A stretch of DNA of 64,000 nucleotides, taken from assembly GCA_963764715.1 (NCBI GenBank), contig CAVXTP010000006.1, positions 320,001 through 384,000 on the forward strand, written 5' to 3'. Positions 8,518 through 19,651 of this stretch are shown here, piece by piece. A program made the position numbers and the translations under genes. The stretch comes from an uncultured Acidobacteriota bacterium. GTDB lineage: Bacteria; Acidobacteriota; Thermoanaerobaculia; UBA5066; Gp7-AA6. How positions within the stretch are numbered: the stretch's first letter is position 1; every line of letters starts with the position of its first letter. The notes under the pieces are model-generated. The model was not told the origin of the DNA and ran no database searches. It worked only from the letters and a program-made list of their open reading frames with translations.

Positions 8518-9969
8518 ATGACCGATCGCGCCTCGTTCAACCGGATCTGCACCTGCGTCGCCGTCTCGGCGGCGGCGGTCCTGCTGTCTCTTCAGTTGCT
8601 GGTCCCCCCGATCGTCGGCCTCGCGAACGAGGGAGATTTCGAGCGGGTGATGGGTTACGCGGGCCTTTTCTACCCGACCGACAAGTTCGAGGAGAAGTAC
8701 TACGGCCACATCGTCACCAAGTTCAACGTCGTCGCGCCGGGCTGGTACGCGAGCGGTTACCTGACGACCGAAACGCTCGTCGCGTATTCCGCGCGGCTCG
8801 TCAGCCTCGCCCTCTTCCCGGGCCGCATGTTCGACATCCGGATTTTCGCCGCGATACAAATGCTGCTGCTGCTGACAGCCCTCGGCCTCTTCGTGCGGGC
8901 CTGTCGGGACCTGGCGCCGGCGGCGCAGGCGGCGGTCGCCGTTCTTCTCGTCCTGATCTTCACGGACGTCGGGTATGCGGCGGCAATCAACTCGTTTTAC
9001 CCTCAGACGGCGTCGCTGCTCTTCATTCTCCTCACGCTCGCGTTCGCTGCCGTGGGCATTCGGATGGTTCGGCTTCGCGGCCCTGCGGTCGTTGGGTATT
9101 TCGTCTCCGCGGCGCTCTTCGTCTGTTCAAAACCCCAGGAGGCCATCCACGCTCCCCTCCTCGGCGGGCTGGGCGTAATTCTGGCGATCGCGGGGCAAAG
9201 CGAGACCGGGTCTTCGCGCCGCGTTGTCGTTGCGATCGCGCTCGCCGTGGCGCTCGGCGCCCTCGGCCTCTGGTATTACCGGCAGGTGCCGAAAGTCAGC
9301 ATTCGTTATGTCGGTCTCTTCCACACGGTTTTCCACGAGCTCCTCCAGAATTCGCCCGATCCACGCCGCGACATGGAGGAGCTCGGCATCGCACCGGACC
9401 TCGACCGGTACATCGGCGTGCACGCCTACATGAAAGAGTCTCCGATCGAGGACCCGGCCTTCCAGGCTCGATTCTTCGATCACTTCGGCTATGCGAAGGT
9501 GATGGGTTTCTACCTGCGGCATCCGGACCGGCTCCTCGATCGCCTGCGGCGGGCGGCTCCCGGGGCGTTCCGGCTGCGCCCGAAGTACCTGGGCAACTTC
9601 GAGAAGGCGACGGGGGTTGCGCCTCGGACCAAGGCCACTCGGTTCGCGCTGTGGAGCGACGTCCGGGCGAAGCTCGAAAGGCACGCGGCCGTGACGCTGG
9701 TCGTCTTCTTCGTCGGAAACCTTCTCGCCGCGGCACTTTCCTGGCGAGGCACAACAATGCGCGGCCGCCTCTTTCTCGTGGCTCTGGTGGCCTGTCTGCT
9801 CATTGCCGGCGTCGAATTCGGCGTCAACGCGTTCGCGGATGCGCTCGATGATCTGGGTCGCCACCTTTTCGTGTTCGACGCGCTCTGCGATCTCGTGCTC
9901 GTCGCGGACGTGGCCTGGCTGATCCAGTGGCTCGCGACGCGGCGCGCGCTGTCGCCGCGCTCGGCATGA
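8518..9969 (+). CDS. Polytopic membrane protein, WsfD-like (GT-C fold) glycosyltransferase
   Basis: PPIVGLANEGDFERV first-loop motif, DVGY..NSFY, SKPQ, many TM helices. Confidence 0.65.
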   Translation: MTDRASFNRICTCVAVSAAAVLLSLQLLVPPIVGLANEGDFERVMGYAGLFYPTDKFEEKYYGHIVTKFNVVAPGWYASGYLTTETLVAYSARLVSLALFPGRMFDIRIFAAIQMLLLLTALGLFVRACRDLAPAAQAAVAVLLVLIFTDVGYAAAINSFYPQTASLLFILLTLAFAAVGIRMVRLRGPAVVGYFVSAALFVCSKPQEAIHAPLLGGLGVILAIAGQSETGSSRRVVVAIALAVALGALGLWYYRQVPKVSIRYVGLFHTVFHELLQNSPDPRRDMEELGIAPDLDRYIGVHAYMKESPIEDPAFQARFFDHFGYAKVMGFYLRHPDRLLDRLRRAAPGAFRLRPKYLGNFEKATGVAPRTKATRFALWSDVRAKLERHAAVTLVVFFVGNLLAAALSWRGTTMRGRLFLVALVACLLIAGVEFGVNAFADALDDLGRHLFVFDALCDLVLVADVAWLIQWLATRRALSPRSA

Positions 9970-11417
9970 TCGGAGCCCCCCTGGCGGCGAGCCCGAAGCC
10001 GACGCCGATCCCGCCATGGGAGATCGCCGCCTGGATCCTCGCCGCCGGCATCGTCGCCGCTCAGCTCCTCGTTCCGCCCGTCGTCGGCCTCGCCAACAAC
10101 GGAGACTACGAGAGCGTCATGGGCTACGTTGGCTTCCAGTACCTGACGCAGGACCACGGCGAGAAGTACTTCCAGTGGATCATGACGAAGTTCGCGTACG
10201 GCCCGCCGGGCTGGTTCAAGAGCGGGCTTCTGACTTCCGAGGCGCTCATCGCCTGGCTCGCCCGCCTCATCAGCGAGCCGTTCGCCCACGGCGGATTCTT
10301 CGACCTGCGTGTCCTCGGCGCAACCCACGGCCTGCTGCTCGTCGCCGGCCTGGCGCTCCTGATCCGGTCGACGGCGCCGCTGTCGGCGGCGGCCCGCTGG
10401 ACCGCGGCGGCGCTTCTCGTTTTCTTCTTCACCGACGTCGGCTACGTCGCTCCACTCAATTCCTTCTACAGCCAGGCGGCCTCGCTCGTCTTCCTGGTCC
10501 TGACGCTCGGCATCGCGGCCTGGACGGTGGCCTTCGGCCGGTCGTGGACGGCCGCCGCGCTCTACTTCCTATGTGCGCTCGCCTTCGTCGGGTCAAAACC
10601 CCAGGAAGTCATCCAGGCGCCGCTTCTCGCGCTCTTCGGCCTGCGACTCTTTGGCGACGGACTGCGCCGCCTCCACCGGCAACCCGCGGCATGGGCCGCG
10701 GCGGCCCTGTGCGCCTTTTCGCTCTGGTACTTCCGGCAGACGCCGTACGCCGATCGCCGGAGTCGCCCGCTACCACAAGGTCTTCATGGAGCTGCTGCCC
10801 AACTCGCCCGCGCCCGCTCAGGATCTCGCCGACCTGGGCCTCGATCCCGCGTGGTCGTCGGCGCACGGGGCGCATCGCCTACGATCCCGCGAGCCCCTTC
10901 GTCGACCCGACCTTTCGCGAAGCCTTCCTCGAGCGCTTCAGCTACGCGCGGCTCGTGCGCTTCTACCTGACGCACCCCCAGCGGCTCGCGTCGACGGTCT
11001 CGCGCGGCGGGATGCAGGCGCTGCGCCTACGCCACCCGCGCTTCGGGAACCTCGAGCACCGCGAAGGGGTCGCGCCGGGCGCGAAGTCGCGGTCGTTCGC
11101 GGCCTGGAGCGACGCGCGGCTGCAGCTTGCCCGGTCACCCGCTCGCGTGGATCGTTCCCTTCCTCGCCCTGAACGCCGCCGTCGCGCTGGCGACCCGCCG
11201 GCGGGCGACCGCGCAGGGCCGCCGCGCGCGGGAGGGCATCGTGCTGCTCGTCGCGATGGCCACGGCGGCCTTTCTCGTCTGCGTCCTCGCGAACGCGCAC
11301 GGCGACCTGCCCCGCCACTTCTACGTGTTCCACGCGCTCTGCGACCTGCTCGTCGCCGCCGACGCGACGTGGCTCGTCGAGACGCTCGCGCGCCCCCCGA
11401 CCCGCTACGGCCCGTAG
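9966..11417 (+). CDS. Second WsfD-like membrane glycosyltransferase paralog (frameshifted)
   Basis: PPVVGLANNGDYESV, DVGY..NSFY, SKPQ, RHFYVFHALCDL split over several frames; ATGA overlap with the previous gene. Confidence 0.65.
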
Positions 11418-13389
11418 AGCCGCAGACCGAAGGTCTTCGTCAGGAAGACGGCCATCTGGCCGCGCGTGTTGGCGCCGTCCGGGCAGTAGTTGCCGCCCCC
11501 GCAGCCGGCGGTCACGCCCTCGGCCGCGAGCTCCTCGATCCACGGGGCGAAGGAGCTCCCCGCCGGAACGTCGGCGAAGACGCCCGCGGCCGGCGGCGGG
11601 ACGTACGCGCTGCCGTGCTTCGCCTTCAGAAGGAAGACCGCCATCTGGGCCCGCGTGACCGTCGCGTTCGGACAGAAATTCGCGCCGCCGCAGCCGGCCG
11701 AGATGCCGCTTTCGGCGAGGTCCTCGATCCAGGCGGCGGCGAAGGCGCCCGGCGGAACGTCGGCGAACATCGTCCCCGTAGCCGCTGGCGGCGCGTAGGC
11801 GCGGCCGAGCTTCGACTTCAGGAGGAAGACGGCCATCTGCGCGCGCGTCACCGAGGCCGACGGGCAGTACGCCGCGCCGCTGCAGCCGGCGGTCACGCCG
11901 TTGTGGAAGAGATTCTCGATCGCCGGGTAGAAGCCGCTCGCGAGCGGCAACGTCCGAAAAGCTCGCCCCGACGTGGAGGGTCCAGACCTTCGCGGCCGTC
12001 AGGTTGACCTTCTCGGTCACGGCGGCGTCCCAGTGGAGGGCCGGGCGCGCGGCGGGATTCGACACGGTGACGCGATAGCAGTTCGCCGTCGCGTCGAAGC
12101 AGCTCGCCGGCGCGCCCGCGGCGGGCGAGCCGTAGCTCGCGGCCGCGTCGACGAGCGTGTACGTCGCGCCGGCCGGACCCGTGAAGTTCGACGCGGCGCC
12201 CGCCAGCGCCGCGCGCGGAGCCTTCGGGGTTCTCCCACGACGGCTCGACGATCGACGGATTCGCCCGGCTCGAGGACGCCGTTCTGGTTCGACGTCCCGC
12301 CCGGACGCGCGTCGACGGCGAGGGCCGGCGAGAGCGGCGGCTTCCAGCCGAGCTGGAGGACCTCGAAGTCGTCCGCCGTGAGCTGCCCGAGCGCCGGGTT
12401 CAGGACGTCGTTGTCCCACCGCTCGTCCCACGTGCCGGAGACGTACATGTCGGTGCCGTTGTCGGCGACGATCATTCCGTAGGTCTTGAGCGCCCGCACG
12501 ATGCGCTGGACGCCGGGGTCGGCGCTCGAGACCTGGACGCCGGGCTTCAGGCGCAGGCGCGCGCCCATCGGGAGCGCCGGCGGGTCCTGGAAGCCGGCCT
12601 GGTGCGACGCCGGGTAAGACGTAGCCCTTCGTGTGGCGCACCGTCATCCGGAAGGCGTGGCGGATCTCTTCGTTCCCGTAGGCCTCGTCGTAGCGGACGA
12701 GCCCCGGCAGGATCGCGAGCCCCGCCGCGTCGGCCGACGTCCAGCCGTCCGGCCGCCGGGCGTTCGACGTCAGGTCGAAGGCCGCGCCCGGAGTACGCCT
12801 GCCAGGTCGAGCCGTCCCACCACACGTTGTAGAGCTCGTAGAGAACGCGGGCGTCGCGGTCGAGGATCAGCACGTGGCGGTCCTCGTCGGCGCGCAGGTC
12901 GACGTTGCCGGGGGCGCCGCCCTCGACCCAGTGCGCCTGCGTGATCGCCTCGTCGGGAATCGGATAGAAGGGATACGAGGTCTCGGTCGAGTGGTCGACG
13001 CCGTCGCTCTCGGACGGCTCCGACGAACTCGACGGCCTTCTTCGACTGGCCCGCGCCCACGACGATGTACGGGAACCCGTAGATGGACACGCCGTCGTCG
13101 AGCGTTCCGCCGAAGTCGGGATGGAGCGGGCCGCACGCCCTCGGCGTCGATGTAGTCGAGGAACGCGGCGGACCCGCCGTCGACGGGCGCGGCGGACACG
13201 TCGACGTTCCACCAGTGGGTCGCCGGAAACAGGGGCAGCGGACCCGGAACGGCGGCCTCGAGCCGCGGCGCGATGTCCGGCGCCGCCGCCGCGCGCGGAA
13301 CGGCCGGCCACTGCGCCCGCGCCGGCGCGGCGAGCGCGGCGAGGCGCGACCAGGGCGGAAAGCGTGCGCCCGCGCGTCAACCGTTTCAT
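11405..13389 (-). CDS. Secreted protein with a conserved uncharacterised domain, an Ig-like domain and C-terminal SLH repeats (frameshifted)
   Basis: LHPDFGG..IYGFPY, DRHVLILD, ALKTYGMIVADNG, NGVLEPGE..HWDA..WTLHVG, three GxxAGC..CP..TRxQMAVFL units. Confidence 0.7.
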
Positions 13390-13665
13390 GCGGGAATCGT
13401 CCGGAGCCATTATGGGCGCCGCCCGCCTCCCGAAAAACTGTCCCGACAGCCAGCCCGACCGGGGCGCGGGACTCCTGTCCTTCTTCGACCCGGGCGGTCA
13501 GTCGCGCCGGGGGCGCCGAAGGCCTAACCTCTCGGCCACCTTGCAAGATTCAGTTGAATCAGGTGTGACCCAGATCACCTCCCCGCGGTGATCGCACGTC
13601 CCTTAGAATTCGTCCACCCAAAAAATTCAGTTTCGTTTGGCGGCCGTCAGAAAGGACCAGTGCCG

Positions 13666-16198
13666 ATGAGAGAAAGACCCTTTCTCCCAGACCCGGTTTC
13701 CTCTCTCTTCGCGAGAGTCGCCGCGCGCGCGACCGCGACGGTTCTCGCGACCCTCGGACTCCTGTCCGCGGGCATCGCCAGCGCCGACACGACGTTCCAG
13801 CTCGCCTACATGTACGGGACCTCGGGCCCGGCGTCGGGCGGGACGGCCGGTCAACCTCGTCGGCAACAAGTTCCAGCCGGGCGCGACGGTCACGATCGGC
13901 GGCGATCACCGCCTCGTCGAGCGTGACGAACTCGACGCGCATCGGCGCGACGTCGCCGGCCCGCGCGGCGGGCGCGCTCTACGACGTCGTCGTGACGAAC
14001 CCGGGCGATCCGCCGGCCGTCCTGACGAAGGGCTGGTTCGCGGACTTCCTCGACGTTCCGCAGTCGAGCGCGTACCACGCGCCGGTCGAGACGATCATCC
14101 GCGACGGCATCACGTCGGGCTGCGGCGGCGGCAACTACTGCCCCTCCTCGGGCGTGACCCGCGCGCAGATGGCCGTCTTCCTCCTGCGCGCCGAGCACGG
14201 GCCGGCCTACGTGCCCCCGCCGGCGACGGGCACGGTCTTCGGCGACGTCCCCGCCAACTCGTTCGCGGCCGACTGGATCGAGCAGCTCTACGCCGAGGGC
14301 ATCACGGGCGGCTGCCTCGGCGGCTCGCCTCCGATGTACTGCCCGACCTCCTCGGTGACCCGCGGCCAGATGGCGGCCTTCCTCCTGAAGATCTTCCACG
14401 GCACGGGCTACGCGCCCCCGGCGGCGACCGGAGTCTTCTCGGACGTTCCGATCTCGATGCCGCTCGCCCCGTGGATCGAGGAGATGTCGCGCCTCGCGAT
14501 CACGTCGGGCTGCGGCCCCGGCATGTACTGCCCGTCGAACGCCGTCACGCGCGGCCAGATGGCGGTCTTCCTCGCGAAGACCTTCCACCGCAACGAGGCC
14601 ACGCGGTTCCTGCTGCAGGCGACCTGGGGGCCCAAGGACTCGGAGGTCTCGGGCCTGCTCGGCGTCGGATACCTGCCGTGGCTGGCCTCGCAGTTCAGCA
14701 CTGCCGGCTCTCGGGCTACCCGACCCTGCCGCTCGTCCCGGACAACGCTCCGGCCGGCTGCGAGGACGTCCCCTGCCGCCGCGACAACTACTCGACCCAT
14801 CCCCTGCACACGCAGTTCTTCCGGAACGCGATGTACCAGCCCGACCAGCTCCGGCAGCGGGTCTTCTTCGCGCTCCACAAGCTCGACGTCATCTCGACGA
14901 ACACGATCACCAAGCCGTCGCAGTTCGTGCCGTACCTGAACCTGCTGGCGCAGGGCGCCTTCGGGAACTATCGCGACATCCTCGAGGACCTGACGCTCAA
15001 CCCGGCCATGGGCGCGTTCCTCAACATGTCGACGAACACCAAGAACAACCCGAACGAGAACTACGCCCGCGAGATCATGCAGCTCTTCTCGATCGGGACC
15101 GTCCAGCTCAACCAGGACGGCACGCCTCAGATCAACGGGGTGACCGGCTACCCCGCCGACAGCTACGACCAGTCCGTGGTCGACCAGCTCAAGCTCGTCC
15201 TGACCGGCTGGTACATCCCAAACGTCACGGTGACCCTCGCCGGCGACACCGACGACGTCGGCGACTACCTGATCCCGATGCCGATCCACAAGAACGGCTC
15301 GAACGTCGAGGACCGCCACTCGACCGTCGGCAAGGACCTCTTCGTGGGCTTCCTGCCGAACCAGAACGGCGAAGGGGCGCCGACGTCGATCCCGGCGGGC
15401 CAGACCGCGAGCCAGGACCTCCAGATGGCGATCGACGCCCTGTTCAACCATCCGAACGTCGGGCCGTACCTCGCCAAGGAGCTGATCCACTCGCTCGTCA
15501 CGTCGAACCCGAGCCCGGACTACATCGAGCGCGTCGCCGGCTTCTTCAACGACAACGGCTCGGGCCAGCGCGGCAGTCGATCTGGGCGATGGTCAAGGCC
15601 GTGCTGCTCGACCCGGAGGCCCGCGACGCCCCGAGCGACCCGACCTACGGCAAGCTCAAGGAGCCGGCCGCTCTACATGCTCAACGTGCTGCGCGCCTTC
15701 AACGCCATGTCGGCCAACGGCGCCGTCCTCTCCGACGGCTACGTCAACTCGCCCTACGCCCGCGACATGGGCCAGGAAGTGTTCCGGCCGACGACGGTCT
15801 TCTCGTACTTCCCGCAGGACTACTACGCGCCGCCGGCGTCGGCGGGCCTCCTCGGCCCCGAGTTCGGCATCATGGACGCGACGACCGCGTTGAAGCGCGC
15901 GAACTTCATCAACCAGATGACGTTCAACAACGGGATCGCGGTCAACTGCGGAACGAACTCCTGCAACTCGCCCAACGGCACCTCGATCAACCTGTCGGAG
16001 CTGCAGCTGCTGTCGGCGAACCCGACGAACCTCGTCGACCGGCTCAACCGGCTGATGATGCACGGCACGATGTCGGACGACATGAAGAACTCGATCGTCG
16101 CCGCGGTCAACGCGGTCTCCGCCAACAACACGCTGCTGCGCGCGCGGCAAGCGCTATACCTGGTCGCGACCTCGTCGCAGTTCCAGGTCCAGAGGTGA
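13666..16198 (+). CDS. DUF1800-family protein with N-terminal IPT/TIG and SLH repeats (frameshifted)
   Basis: Signal peptide; SLH units; RFLLQATWGP, DQLRQRVFFAL, PNENYAREIMQLFSIG, HPNVGPY. Confidence 0.8.
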
Positions 16199-16202
16199 GG
16201 CC

Positions 16203-17657
16203 ATGACGCAATCCCGACGCGACTTCCTCGTCCGGACGACCTGCGCCGCGCTGTCGGCGTCGGCGATCCAGGGCACCGTCCGCCAGTGGGGCCTGGCGAA
16301 CCTGCTCGCCACGCCCAACACGATCACGCCCAACTACCGGGCGCTCGTCTGCGTGTTCTTGAACGGCGGCAACGACAGCAACAACATGGTCATTCCGACC
16401 GACGGGGACAACGTCAGCGGCGCCTACGGCTCGTACCGCGCGGCGCGGCCGACGCTCGCGATCCCGCAGGCGAACATCCTGGCGATCAACAATCCGCCGT
16501 CCATGGGCGGGCAGAAGTTCGGCTTCCATCCCAACATGGCCGAGATGCGGGACCTCTTCAACGCCAACAAGCTCGCGGTCATCCCCAACGTCGGGCCGCT
16601 CGTCGAGCCGACGACCCAGGCCCAGTACATGGCCAACTCGGTCGCCAAGCCCTACGCCCTCTTCTCCCACTCCGACCAGATCCAGGCCTGGCAGTCGGGC
16701 CGCTCGGACGTGAAGATCGGGACGGGCTGGGGCGGCCGCTCGGCCGACGCCGTCGCGGGCTGCAACGGCGGCGGCGCGGGCTTCCCCACCGTCACCTCCA
16801 TCTCCGGCTCGGCCACGTTCTGCGTGGGCCTGAAGCGGCCGCTGTCGATCGGCACCGGGTCGCTGACGAGCGTGCTCGTCCTGAACGGCTTCAACGCCAC
16901 GCCCGAGGCGGTCGCCCGGAAGACCTCGTATGACTTCCTGCGGACGGTCGACAACACGGCCACGATGATCGCCGGCGCGAGCTCGACGACGCAGCAGGCC
17001 CTCGACATCAGCGCCGCCTTCCAGTCGGACCCGACGATCACGACCGTCTTCCCCAACACCTCGCTCGGCAACCAGCTGAAGCAGGTGGCCAAGGTCATCA
17101 AGCTCAACCAGACCTCGCCGGCCGTCAACCTGCAGCGGCAGATCTTCTTCGTCTCGCAGGGCGGCTACGACACGCACCAGGACCAGCTCAACGACCAGGG
17201 CAACAACTTCCTCGCGCTCTCGCAGGCGCTGTCGGCCTTCTACTTCGCGACGGTCGAGCTCGGCCTCCAGGACAAGGTCACGGCCTTCACGCTCTCGGAC
17301 TTCGGCCGCACGCTCGAAGAGTCGGGCGACACCGGCGGCGTCGGCTCGGACCACGGCTGGGGCGGGCACCAGTTCGTCATCGGCGACGGAGTCGTCGGCG
17401 GCAACTTCCACGGGATCGTGAACCCCTCGACCGGCTCGATCTTCCCGGCGCTGCAGAAGGGCGGACCGGACGACACGACGAACAACGCCTCGAACGGCCG
17501 CGGCCGCTGGATCCCGGCCGTGGCGTCGGACCAGTACGGCGCGGCGCTGGCGAAGTGGTTCGGCGTGGCCGACATCGACCTGGGCACGGTCTTTCCGAAC
17601 ATCGGGAACTTCGACCCGCCGCCGTCCTTCATGGCCGCGCCCCCGCCCGGTTGCTGA
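16203..17657 (+). CDS. DUF1501-family Tat-exported protein
   Basis: SRRDFL Tat motif; LVCVFLNGGND, LFSHSDQ, GGYDTH, SDFGRT, GSDHGWG. Confidence 0.9.
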   Translation: MTQSRRDFLVRTTCAALSASAIQGTVRQWGLANLLATPNTITPNYRALVCVFLNGGNDSNNMVIPTDGDNVSGAYGSYRAARPTLAIPQANILAINNPPSMGGQKFGFHPNMAEMRDLFNANKLAVIPNVGPLVEPTTQAQYMANSVAKPYALFSHSDQIQAWQSGRSDVKIGTGWGGRSADAVAGCNGGGAGFPTVTSISGSATFCVGLKRPLSIGTGSLTSVLVLNGFNATPEAVARKTSYDFLRTVDNTATMIAGASSTTQQALDISAAFQSDPTITTVFPNTSLGNQLKQVAKVIKLNQTSPAVNLQRQIFFVSQGGYDTHQDQLNDQGNNFLALSQALSAFYFATVELGLQDKVTAFTLSDFGRTLEESGDTGGVGSDHGWGGHQFVIGDGVVGGNFHGIVNPSTGSIFPALQKGGPDDTTNNASNGRGRWIPAVASDQYGAALAKWFGVADIDLGTVFPNIGNFDPPPSFMAAPPPGC

Positions 17658-17669
17658 GTCTTCTTCGAC

Positions 17670-17702
17670 ACGGGGGCGGCCTTCGGGCCGCCCCCGTTCT
17701 TT
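17670..17702 (+). terminator. Rho-independent terminator
   Basis: 12-bp stem ACGGGGGCGGCC / GGCCGCCCCCGT, TTCG loop, T-rich tail. Confidence 0.85.
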
Positions 17703-17725
17703 GAGCTTCCGCGAGTTACCCGACG

Positions 17726-19039
17726 ATGCGCAAAGTCCCCCGCCTCCTGGCCGTCCCGTTCCTCGGCCTCGCCGCGGCCTGGCTCGCCCGCGCCGCGGGA
17801 GCGCCGCCGGCCGGCATCGAGGCTTCGCCGCCGAACCCGGCCGCCGGGCAGCGGGTCCTGTTGCGTGCGCTCTCCCCCGAGCCTGACCCGGGCGCCTGGT
17901 GGGACTTCGGCGACGGCGAGTCCTCCCGGGCCCCGGCCCCCGCCCACGCGTGGGAGGCCCCGGGCGAATACACGATCCGCCTCTCGACGGCGGACGGCGT
18001 GCTCGACTCGCCGATCCTCGTCTCGCCCGCGGACACTCTGCGGCTCCTGCCCGACCACCCCTTCGAGATCACGCTCGAGGCCCGGCACCCCGCGACGGGG
18101 GCCCGCATGGCGGCGCGCGCCCGCGGTGAAGGTGAGCGCTACGGGTGGTTCCGCTTCGACGAAATCGCCGATGACCGGGTCGACGAAGGTCCCGACGTGG
18201 TCGTCAAGGTCGTCGAGGCGGCGCGCGACGGACATTACTGGATCTTCTGGAGCGGGATGACGAGCCTCGACTACACGGTCACGATCCGGGAAGTCGCGAC
18301 CGGCCGCATCGCCGTGCACCGCACCGACCGCGAGGCGGCCGGCGGGGCCGACCTCGAGAGCTTCCCCATGGACGTGCTCGGGCCGCGGGAAACCGCCGCC
18401 ACCGGGAGCCCCCGCGAGGTCGTCCAGGGCCCGCGCCGGGGGCGGCCTCGCATGCTGCCGAACCGCGGGTCGACCGTAACCGCCACCCCGGCCGGGCCGA
18501 CCGTGACGCCGACGACGGTTGCAGGCACTCCCACGCGCACGCCGACGGGGCCGACGCGGACTCCCTCGTCCACGCGGACGCCGTCCCCGACGCCCACCCC
18601 GACCTGGACGCCGACGATCACGCCGACGCCGACCAGCACCGCGACGCCGACGATCACGCTGACTCCGACGATCACGCCCACGCCCGGGCCGCCGTTCATC
18701 GCGCTGCGCGCGGTCCAGTGGCAGTGGGACTTCTGCCCGCCGCCCTACACGTGCCCGGCCGTGTGCACGAACTGCGGCAACGAGATCACGTTGCATGTCG
18801 GCCAGACGTACCAGATCTGGGCGTTCAACGGCGACTTCGAGGACGTCATCGACGTCCACGGCCTGTCGAGCATCTCGGCGATCGGCCTGGTCGGGGGGCA
18901 GCTCCCGCAGGGCACGTCGCTTCCCGTTCAGACCATCACGCCGATGACGACCGGGGACTTCGCCTTCAACTGCACGACGTTCTGCGGAAGCGCCCAGGGA
19001 CACGACGGGATGGTCGGCGTCGTCCACGTCGTCCCCTAG
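17726..19039 (+). CDS. Secreted PKD-domain protein with Thr/Pro linker and C-terminal cupredoxin (CuA-like) domain
   Basis: WDFGDG PKD motif; TPTPT stalk; AVQWQWDF..DVHGL..FNCTTFCGSAQGHDGM. Confidence 0.75.
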   Translation: MRKVPRLLAVPFLGLAAAWLARAAGAPPAGIEASPPNPAAGQRVLLRALSPEPDPGAWWDFGDGESSRAPAPAHAWEAPGEYTIRLSTADGVLDSPILVSPADTLRLLPDHPFEITLEARHPATGARMAARARGEGERYGWFRFDEIADDRVDEGPDVVVKVVEAARDGHYWIFWSGMTSLDYTVTIREVATGRIAVHRTDREAAGGADLESFPMDVLGPRETAATGSPREVVQGPRRGRPRMLPNRGSTVTATPAGPTVTPTTVAGTPTRTPTGPTRTPSSTRTPSPTPTPTWTPTITPTPTSTATPTITLTPTITPTPGPPFIALRAVQWQWDFCPPPYTCPAVCTNCGNEITLHVGQTYQIWAFNGDFEDVIDVHGLSSISAIGLVGGQLPQGTSLPVQTITPMTTGDFAFNCTTFCGSAQGHDGMVGVVHVVP

Positions 19040-19120
19040 CCCCCGCGGACCGGCCGCTCCGGGCGGGGACGGCTCCGCAGGGCCGGCCCCGGGGATAGAC
19101 TCCCGCGCATCGGAGGTCCC

Positions 19121-19588
19121 ATGACCGACGCCCGTCTCGGCGAGGACGCCCCGTTTCGCTCGGAGAAGGAGGAGGACGCATGGGACCACCGGGTGCCCGT
19201 GCACATCCGCGTCGGCCCGCCCCGCGTCAATCCCCACGTCGTTCCCCGCGCCGGGACGTCGGGCATGCTCACGAAGGAGGACTTCGTCGTCAGCTTCCTC
19301 GTGGTCTGGCAGCCGTCGCCGATTCCGCCGCCGCACTGGATCAAGCTGCTGCGCGAGGCCCCCTTCGGCTCCGCGCTCGTTCACGCCCGCGACCTCCACT
19401 GGGACGGCCGGCACCTGTCGATCGAGCTCGTCCAGGAGGAGGACGTCGAGGCGTTCGCGCTCGAGATGCCCGGCTGGGTCGACTACGCCAACACCGAGTA
19501 CACCCGGGGCGAGCACCTTCCGTTCGTGGACGCCCTCGAAAACGCACGCGAGCGCGCCAGGGCCCTCGAAAGGCGCCTGCATCGCTGA
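19121..19588 (+). CDS. Hypothetical protein
   Basis: GGAGG RBS before ATG; high-GC3 codon usage. Confidence 0.6.
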   Translation: MTDARLGEDAPFRSEKEEDAWDHRVPVHIRVGPPRVNPHVVPRAGTSGMLTKEDFVVSFLVVWQPSPIPPPHWIKLLREAPFGSALVHARDLHWDGRHLSIELVQEEDVEAFALEMPGWVDYANTEYTRGEHLPFVDALENARERARALERRLHR

Positions 19589-19613
19589 GGCCGCCGTTCC
19601 CGCAAGAGACCCC

Positions 19614-19645
19614 TTGACCCCCGAACCGATTCGGGGGTCTAGACT
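19614..19645 (+). promoter_or_regulatory. MerR-type promoter/operator
   Basis: TTGACC-20 bp-TAGACT with perfect 10-bp dyad GACCCCCGAA-N4-TTCGGGGGTC. Confidence 0.85.
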
Positions 19646-19651
19646 CCTTCC

